DNA of 63,862 nt, the filler included, from Craspedostauros australis (Eukaryota), in NCBI GenBank assembly GCA_030167865.1. It is 12 parts of 12 records of this genome, joined end to end, with 100 filler letters (N's around TTAATTAATTAA, not from the genome) between each part and the next. Parts side by side here need not be neighbours in the genome. Positions count along the whole stretch, not along the records: positions 53,742 to 63,862 come from JALAGF010001888.1; 11 more parts are not named here. One strand, given 5' to 3'. Shown piece by piece: positions 56,244 through 63,862 of this stretch. How positions within the stretch are numbered: position 1 is the stretch's first letter; the number at the start of each line of letters is the position of its first letter. The notes below the pieces were generated by a model. That model worked only from the letters and a program-made list of their open reading frames with translations, ran no database searches and had not been told where the DNA came from. The translations under genes and the position numbers were made by a program.

Positions 56244-59200
56244 ATGACGCACTCACGACAACGCAAACCGAAGCAACAGCGGCACGCAGCGCAAGCTCCT
56301 CTTTCCTCACGTTCCACTCACCATTTGCAAACTCCATCATCATCGCCAACCACACCATTACAATCACAATCGCGTCACTGCCATGCACGCACCACCGTGC
56401 AACTCTACGCACCCTTGCTTCTCGCCCTCATCATCGTCATCGTCTCCCACAGCATCACTGAGGCATGGGCTCCACCACGCAGGATAAGGGCGATATGGAA
56501 TCGTCATCTTGTGATGAAGCCAATCCCGCCCGCCAACTGGAATCACAACTGCATGGGCGGCAGCGGCCCGGCCGTCACGACGCGTCTCAGCGTCCTCGCA
56601 GAGCGCCCCACCGACGTCAGCGGCGGCAACGGCTTCGATAAGAACAAGAACCGCAAAAAGAACAGGAGGAAGCCCAACCAAAAGAGGACCGACGACGAGG
56701 AGATGGCATCGGCATCCACCACATCCTCCAACGCAGCGGCCACATCGCTCGATGCCGAAGTCGAGGTGGACGTCAGTGCCGACGCCGATGCCATCACGGA
56801 CATGGGGCGGAACGTGGCTGACCGGGCCGAGCGCGAGTACAAGCTCATTCGCGAAGAAGAAAACCTCAAGCTCTTCTTCGAACGTCATGAGCCGCTCCCG
56901 CTCACGGAATCACCGTTCATCACGCCACCCAACATTAGTGTCCCGCGTGCATCGCGTGGCATCGTCAACGGATTGCCAAAGACATCATCAAAGGAGACCA
57001 AGTCGCGTGTCAACGGTCTCGTCCCACCCACCACGCAATCGAACAACAACAACAACAAACGCCGCAACAACAACAACAATGACACCAAATCCACCACCAC
57101 GACGAACAACACCAGCGATATGCCACGCAAGGGACGTACTGCCCGCAGAAAGAACAACAGGCGGTCGCAGATGCAGACATCGAAATCCGAAAATAACAAC
57201 AACGACAAAGGTCAGGAGGAATCGCAGGGATTCAAGATCCCGCAGATCCACCTCCCGATGCGCCTCGTCTCACGCATTGGATGGGAACATCACCGACAGG
57301 CGGCCACCAGCTTCATGCATCAGCACTTTGGTGGTGACGGCGACAAGAACGACGACGACCAAGGCAAGGTCAACGGTGCCACAGCACGTACCAACACCGG
57401 CCGCAGAGATGATGATGAGGAGGGCGATCCCGAGATCTTCCACGTCGCCGTCGATGCCAGCGTCTCCGATGACATCCCCACCTTCATCGCGACGCACAAA
57501 AAGAAGAACCCCATGCTCGTCTCCTCCACCAACGAATGGAAGCGTCTCGAGGCCCACGCGCATTCCGAGATCAACCGCATGCACCTGCGTGACATGCTGC
57601 AGGACACGGAGCGCTGCAACAAAATGTTTGCCGAGCACGACGGCGTCTACCTCGACTTCTCGCGTCAACGCGCCAACCTCAAAACGATGCAGCTGCTGCA
57701 GGATCTGGCCAAGAAGCAAAAGCTCGACGAGCGCATCCGCGACATGATGACGGGAAAGAAGATCAACTTCACGGAGAAGCGCGCCGTCCTGCACACCGCC
57801 CTGCGTGCCGACCGCGACCACGAGCCCATCATGGTCGACGGCGTCAACGTCGTCGAGGAGGTGCACGAGGTCCTCGACCAGATCAAGGCCTTCACCGAAG
57901 GCGTTCGCGCCGGCACCATCCGCGGTCATACCGGCAAGCGCCTGCGCAACATCATCAGCGTCGGCATCGGCGGCTCCTACCTCGGCCCCGAATTCCTCCA
58001 CGAGGTCCTCAAGACCGAACCGGAAGGCGTGCATTCAGCCTTGGGATACACGCTGCGCTTCCTCGCCAACGTCGATCCCGTCGACGTCGAGCGCACATGC
58101 GCGGATCTCGATCCCGAAGAAACCCTCGTCATCGTCGTGTCCAAGACCTTCACGACGGCCGAGACCATGCTCAACGCCCGCATCATGAGACAGTGGCTGT
58201 GGGATTTCATGGGCGACGATCCCGGCGTCGTGCAGAAGCACGTCGTGGCCTGCGCCAGCGTTTCAGCCACGCACCACGTGGAAGAATTTGGAATCGACAC
58301 GCAGAATTATTTCTTCAAATTTTGGGATTGGGTCGGTGGACGGTACTCCGTCTGCAGTGCTGCAGGTGCCGTTCCGATCTCGCTTCTGTACGGATTCGAT
58401 GTCTTTGAGAAGTTTCTGAAGGTGCGTACTTTTGTTTGTTTTGTGTGATTTGTATGGGTTTGGACTGAGCGCGTGATATACATTGTGCAATATTTTCTAA
58501 CCTCGCTTGCTGTACACTATTGTGCCTGCCACACGCTCACACAATTTGCCGGCCTGAACATTATACAAACGTGCATACTCCGCATGTTTCTATCTGTCTA
58601 AACAACGAAGGGTGCCAACTCCATCGACGAGCACTTCATGTCAGCGCCCTTCGATCGCAACATCCCCGTCATCATGGGCATGCTCGGTGTTTGGAACATG
58701 AGCTTCATGAAGTACAAGACGAGGACTACATTGCCGTACGCCGAGGCCTTGCTGAAGCTCCCGGCCCACATCCAGCAGCTGGACATGGAGTCGAACGGCA
58801 AGGTCATGACGAGGCACGGTGTTGAGGCCGATTACCCGGTCGGCGAGATCGATTTCGGCGAACCGGGAACCAACGGACAGCACTCCTTCTTCCAGCTGCT
58901 TCACATGGGACAGACATGCCCCTGCGATTTCATCGGATTTTGCCAGTCGCAGCACGATCTGTGCCTCGATGACGAGACCCTGTCGAGCCACGACGAGCTC
59001 ATGGCCAACTTCTTCGCCCAGCCCGATGCGCTCGCGTACGGCAAGACGGCCGATCAGGTGCGCGCCGAAGGCGTGGAGGAAGATCTTGTGCCTCACCGAA
59101 CCTTCAAGGGCAACCGGCCCAGCATGTCGCTGCTGCTGCCCAAGCTCACGGCCTACGCCACGGGCCAGCTCCTCGCCATCTACGAGCACAGGACGACGGT

Positions 59201-59501
59201 CCAAGGCTTCATCTGGGACATCAACTCGTTCGATCAGTGGGGCGTGGAACTGGGAAAGAAGCTCGCGATCGACGTGAAGGATCACTTGCTGAAGGCGCGA
59301 CAGCTCGACCAGGAGGGGCAGATGGACGACCCAATCGATGCCGGGAACGCCGCCTCATCCCGAATACTGAACTACTACGTACACAACTCCCAACCCAACC
59401 TCATGGACGACACGGATCATCCCTTGACCCGCGTCACGCGCAAGACCCATGCCGATCATCATCGCACCAGCGAAGTCGAACAGCTGGAAGATGAGTTGTA
59501 G
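56244..59501 (+). CDS. GPI: Glucose-6-phosphate isomerase, probably plastid-targeted; exons 56244-58421 and 58611-59501
   Basis: KINFTEKRAVLHTALR, VGIGGSYLGP, VVSKTFTTAETMLN, FWDWVGGRYSVCSA, QQLDMESNGK, GEPGTNGQHSFFQL, INSFDQWGVELGK; intron GTGCGT...AACGAAG (58422-58610) keeps frame. Confidence 0.95.
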
Positions 59502-59908
59502 GTGTGAAACAAGGGGAATGCGATTCCGAATAGATGTTGAAGATGTAATACACTAAATGAACTTTTTGCTACCACCAATTATACTTGTGCGAGTGTAATA
59601 GTGTAGTTGTGGATGTTGATGATGATGATGACGATCGTTGTGGTTATTCCATCGATGTTGTGCAAGGTGGCTGTGGGAAATGAGAACTTGAGGAGAAAGG
59701 AACATCGACGAAGCGTTTGGAAGGTAAGTGGGAACAACAGAATCCACCCAAACTCCTTCGTGCGTACGTGCCACGCTCGCACACACACACTTGTGTCCAC
59801 CACCAGAGACCAAACCTGACGCAATCCATCACAATACATACTCCGAGAGTATTGGTATACCGCAATATAATACCATTGAGAGGCAGAAAAGCTGAGAAGT
59901 GAAGAGAC

Positions 59909-61546
59909 ATGAAACGCACAGCTTCCAACACCTTGAAGGAACGACGCGAGGATGAATCGGACAATGCAATCGCAACAGCGGCAACGGGATGCTGCTCCTC
60001 ACCTTCATCCAGCACATCCGTCTCAACCTTCAGCTCCACATCACAGGCATCCTCTCAAGCAGGCGTGGATCGCTCCTACCTCTTTGTCGATGAAAACAGC
60101 AACAATGCCGATAGCTGCTTCTTTCCGACAAACATATCGCAAGCCGATTTCGAAGCATCCAAGGCCGTGGTCGCAGCCAGGAAGGCGTCAGGCGGCGAGC
60201 AGTTGCTGGCGCGTGAGATGCAAGATTTGAGTTTGGATGAACGCGAGACGATCTACGAGGAGATTCACGGCGTGGCCAACGACCTCAAGGAGACGCCGCA
60301 GATGCGCAAGTCCAAATTGGCCGAATTCGATGCACATTTGCGGCAACGCAGCAAGAAGAAGCAAGCAGAAGCGCATCGGCAGGCGCGGTTTCTGGCGCCG
60401 CGGTACGTGCAGGATCCCAACTTCCGGTTGATGTTCCTGAGATGCGAGATGATGGACGTGTCCAAGGCCGTGGAGAAGTACATCCAGCACTTTGAGCTGA
60501 AGCGCAAGCTGTTTGGTGTGGACAAGCTGGGCAGATCGCTGGACTGGACGGATCTCAGCGCGGATGATCGCAAGGCCCTGTCCAACGGCGGCGCCCAGAT
60601 CTTTGCGTCTGTGCGCGATCGCATGGACCGCTTGATCTACTTCGAGACGTACAAATTCTACCACTACGCCAACGGCGCCATCACGAGCCAAGTGCGTGCC
60701 ATCTGGTACGTCATGATGAAGGCCCTCGAGAATGACGTCAGCATACAGCTCAAAGGCGGCGTCGGCATCATGTACGCCGTCGGCATGTCGCTGCATGAAT
60801 TCACGCGCGCCGTCTTGGCGCAAAGCGAGAATCTCATGATGGACGCCATGCCGATTCGCACGTGCGGCATGCACTTTTGTTTGGACAATCCTGCATTGCG
60901 ACCCTTGCTTTCGCTGTTTCTGTCGGCGGCGCCCAAGGAGGTGCGACTGCGCACGCGCATTCATTTCGGGTCGCATGTCGAATGTCAGTACGCGTTGTCG
61001 ACGTTCGGGATCAGCACGCAGGTTTTGCCGTACAATGTCGATGGCAAATTGAAGCAGGAGAAGTTGGAAGGGCTCCTGGCATCGCATCGACGAGCCGAAG
61101 ATGAACGGCGACGTTACGAGGACAGGCAGAGGACGCAAAAACGAATCGTGTACCACGCGACGACGCGGGATGTGTTGCTGGGACGCGGCACGCCGTACCA
61201 ATCCTCCGTCGGTACGCAACGTATGATGGCGCTCGTCGGGCAGCATATGGCCGAGTACAAGGCAGCCAGAAGCGATCGTTTCGCCAAGACCACGCTGTTC
61301 CTGCGCATCGTGCAGATGATCCAAGAGGACGGAGGTCGGTTCCTGCGCCGTCATCCTCGCTCGACCTTGAGTGGGAGAGGGTCGCCTTTGTCGTCGCCAG
61401 CACGCAAGAAGAAACTCGCGCAGTCGCAAATCAAGGAGCAGCGCGATGACGAGGATGACGAATACCTCGATACTTGGATATTGGTGAGCGACAACGATGC
61501 GCGTGAGAAGGTGGCGATGGGATTCCGCAATCTATCTCGCAAGTAA
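59909..61546 (+). CDS. Diatom CRAL-TRIO-like + DUF6824-like protein
   Basis: LAREMQDLSLDERETIYEEIHG, FRLMFLRCE, PIRTCGMHFC, RTRIHFGSHVECQYALSTFGI; C-terminal DVLLGRG...GGRFL...AREKVAMGFRN. Confidence 0.8.
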   Translation: MKRTASNTLKERREDESDNAIATAATGCCSSPSSSTSVSTFSSTSQASSQAGVDRSYLFVDENSNNADSCFFPTNISQADFEASKAVVAARKASGGEQLLAREMQDLSLDERETIYEEIHGVANDLKETPQMRKSKLAEFDAHLRQRSKKKQAEAHRQARFLAPRYVQDPNFRLMFLRCEMMDVSKAVEKYIQHFELKRKLFGVDKLGRSLDWTDLSADDRKALSNGGAQIFASVRDRMDRLIYFETYKFYHYANGAITSQVRAIWYVMMKALENDVSIQLKGGVGIMYAVGMSLHEFTRAVLAQSENLMMDAMPIRTCGMHFCLDNPALRPLLSLFLSAAPKEVRLRTRIHFGSHVECQYALSTFGISTQVLPYNVDGKLKQEKLEGLLASHRRAEDERRRYEDRQRTQKRIVYHATTRDVLLGRGTPYQSSVGTQRMMALVGQHMAEYKAARSDRFAKTTLFLRIVQMIQEDGGRFLRRHPRSTLSGRGSPLSSPARKKKLAQSQIKEQRDDEDDEYLDTWILVSDNDAREKVAMGFRNLSRK

Positions 61547-61712
61547 CCGTGTGGATGGCAGACACGTAGGGTACGAGCACCGAAATGGGATCAACAGTTT
61601 TGAGAGAATTTAATACAGGTTCTGATATAGTATGAGTGAATTTGAGTCTGAGTATGAGCATAAATGGAATGGGTATGACTGCTGTCGAGTTATTGAGTTA
61701 TTGGCCGCAGCA

Positions 61713-62108
61713 TTAGACCTCACCACCATCATGAGCGCCACCATCAGCATCAGCATCGGCTGAGCCGGCCGTGGCATTGCGCTTTTGCCGTCGCTGCAGC
61801 TGCGCCTTCACCCAACACCGATGGCCATACCGAACGATGATCACCGTGGAAACACCCACCAGAATGCCCAACACATTGAACGCGATATCGAGAAGCTCGA
61901 ACTGGCAGGTCGGATGGCACCATGGAAGCCCGACGATCCAGCCGGACGCCAAATCCGACAACTCCTTGACGATCCCGATCAGGAACACGATGCACGCCGT
62001 CCAGCGCAAGTGTCCAAGCAGCGGGATGATGAAGAACGCCGCATGCAGAATGCAGACCAACACGGCGTTGGCGACGAGATGCTGCACCTTGTCACGGCCG
62101 ATGGTCAT
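61713..62108 (-). CDS. Small multi-pass membrane protein (VanZ/YfiM-like motif pattern); start uncertain
   Basis: GRDKVQH...IGIVKELSD...LDIAFNVLG with 3-4 hydrophobic segments. Confidence 0.6.
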   Translation of the reverse strand: MTIGRDKVQHLVANAVLVCILHAAFFIIPLLGHLRWTACIVFLIGIVKELSDLASGWIVGLPWCHPTCQFELLDIAFNVLGILVGVSTVIIVRYGHRCWVKAQLQRRQKRNATAGSADADADGGAHDGGEV

Positions 62109-63862
62109 GCAGCTTCCAGCGCTGTGCGGAATGGAAGTCGTGGAGTGTTGTGGAAGTGCTCTATGGACGGATGCATCCCCAAGAGGGCCAATCCTCACGC
62201 ATTCCTGGCTCGATGGGGATTCTTCGATAGAAAGAGCGTGGGAATGATGGGTTTGTCACACTCATGACTGGCTTTTCGACGATCGTGACTTGGCAGCGCC
62301 AAGAATCCGCGCGACGGACAGGATTGCGCGCCATCAATGGCTTCCACGTCCCGCTACCACTCGACATAGAGGACAGCATTCCATACTCGGCAAGCGACTG
62401 AAGCGCGCTCCTTGGATGTGCTTCACAAATGTGATCTGATCACACTCCATAAGTTCTGCGTCTTCGTCTTTGATGACCGAAGAACACCTGTGAGTGATTG
62501 AGAGCATCCATGAGCACTCCGCCTATGACTGCACGACGCAAGGTGCACAGCCATCGTAGGCATAATACAAGCCAAGCCGTCCACTATTGCGCAACAACCT
62601 GCAGAGAGGAGAGTCAACGAACGCCCCAAAGTGGAGCATTCGCAGCACAGAACATCCATCAACACATTCCATACTCATCGACCGCCGAACAAGGAACGTG
62701 TGATATGGCACTCGCGCACCATAGTCAAGCAATCACAGAACACTTACCCATCCACGCTGCTGTCGATATCCCCGCCTCTGGCCTCAGACGCGCGCGCGAT
62801 GAGGAACCACAACCCCTTCGGGAGGAGGGTGCCGATCACTGAACGCAGCGAGGAACAACGCCATGGCTGCTCTTTCACATCCAGAGGTACACACACCACG
62901 CTTGGTACCGTGGCTATCAAATACGGTACCTTTAGCCAACAGTATTCCTCTTCCTGTGTTCCATTCCCATTCAATGCTACGATTGGAATGCGTACATGAA
63001 CAAGCAGTACCGTACGTTCCGAGGATGTCGTGTGCCCAAGCCAGTGCAGTCCTCGATTTGGATGCGTTTCTTCAAACCACATGAACCGAGACACAAACTA
63101 CGACGGAAAACGAGGGACCAACACGATTCATCTCCAAATCAATCTGGGCAGGAAAGCAAACGCAGCTGCAAGCTCTACGTGTACGCCACGAGTATCGCAC
63201 AACTTTGAGACAGGTATTCAAGCACGGGAGCCAAAGGATCTGCACCTACTTTGCGGCAGGATGTGAAAACGAATCCGTGTACGTAAGTGTATTGCAGTCT
63301 GTCGCTCGTTGCCAAATATACCATCGATTCTTCGACTTCTGCATCACAGAATCTATTCCTCATCAAGGCATCCGTGGATAGGGAACGGTTTCGGACACGC
63401 GTTGGACCCTGAGAGCGCTCTACTTCTGTACCATTTCGTCCGCACACATTCCACGCTGGTCAACTTGTTGCTGGCAACCTAAACCGGATGAACGAAAGTT
63501 CATCAGAGATAGAATAGTATGCTGTTCGCAACCACAATGCCCGCAGATGCTGTTAGCACAGCTGTCCATCACCTTATGTTGGAACATGACGAATATTCAG
63601 ATTCGTGTATGACCTGGTAGGGGTCACAGTTGCGCAAATGACTGCTCACACATATTTGTTTGTCCAGAACTCCTTCTCACGATCAAATGTTCCAAACCCG
63701 AAAACGGAAANNNNNNNNNNNNNNNNNNNNATATGACGAAAGAATCTCGGAATCTTCAGAAACAAATAATCTACCGATCGAGAGGAATCTAACGTCAGCG
63801 GGAACGTGAGGAGCAGAGCATGAACGTCAGCAGAGGAGCAAGACCAGATATATATGGATGAG

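Noticed and set aside
62270..63862. Short ORFs at the window end
   Set aside because: No recognisable domain or convincing exon structure.

Overview
Eukaryotic genomic DNA, almost certainly from a diatom. The evidence is bipartite ASAFAP-type plastid presequences, a CoDi-type Ty1/copia element, an Ambal-like LINE, a CRAL-TRIO/DUF6824 protein and short GT-AG introns. The window is not one locus: it is about 12 contigs joined by artificial 100-bp linkers (N44-TTAATTAATTAA-N44), so adjacency across linkers has no biological meaning. Host genes: a 3-exon ubiquitin-specific protease, a 2060-aa PH-domain/anoctamin, an NSF-like AAA ATPase, a Crinkler/RHS-like NTPase+nuclease with a 12-aa tandem repeat, a fatty acyl-AMP ligase fragment, a Nudix hydrolase, two STAND-ATPase/TPR-like paralogs (one a pseudogene), a PTPS-III, protoporphyrinogen oxidase, a plastid-type glucose-6-phosphate isomerase, a CRAL-TRIO/DUF6824 protein and a small membrane protein. 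Mobile DNA: three assembly copies of an intact CoDi copia element, further LTR families and copia fragments, a LINE 3' end and a long-TIR MITE. The most striking observation is that the copia element has no tRNA-type primer-binding site. The 19 nt at the LTR/PBS junction are instead perfectly complementary to a sequence inside its own LTR, with the geometry of Tf1-type self-primed reverse transcription. Also notable are an anoctamin with a degenerate Ca2+ site fused to a PH-like domain, and an LTR insertion apparently cutting off a presequence. All domain calls are motif recognition by eye; no searches were run.
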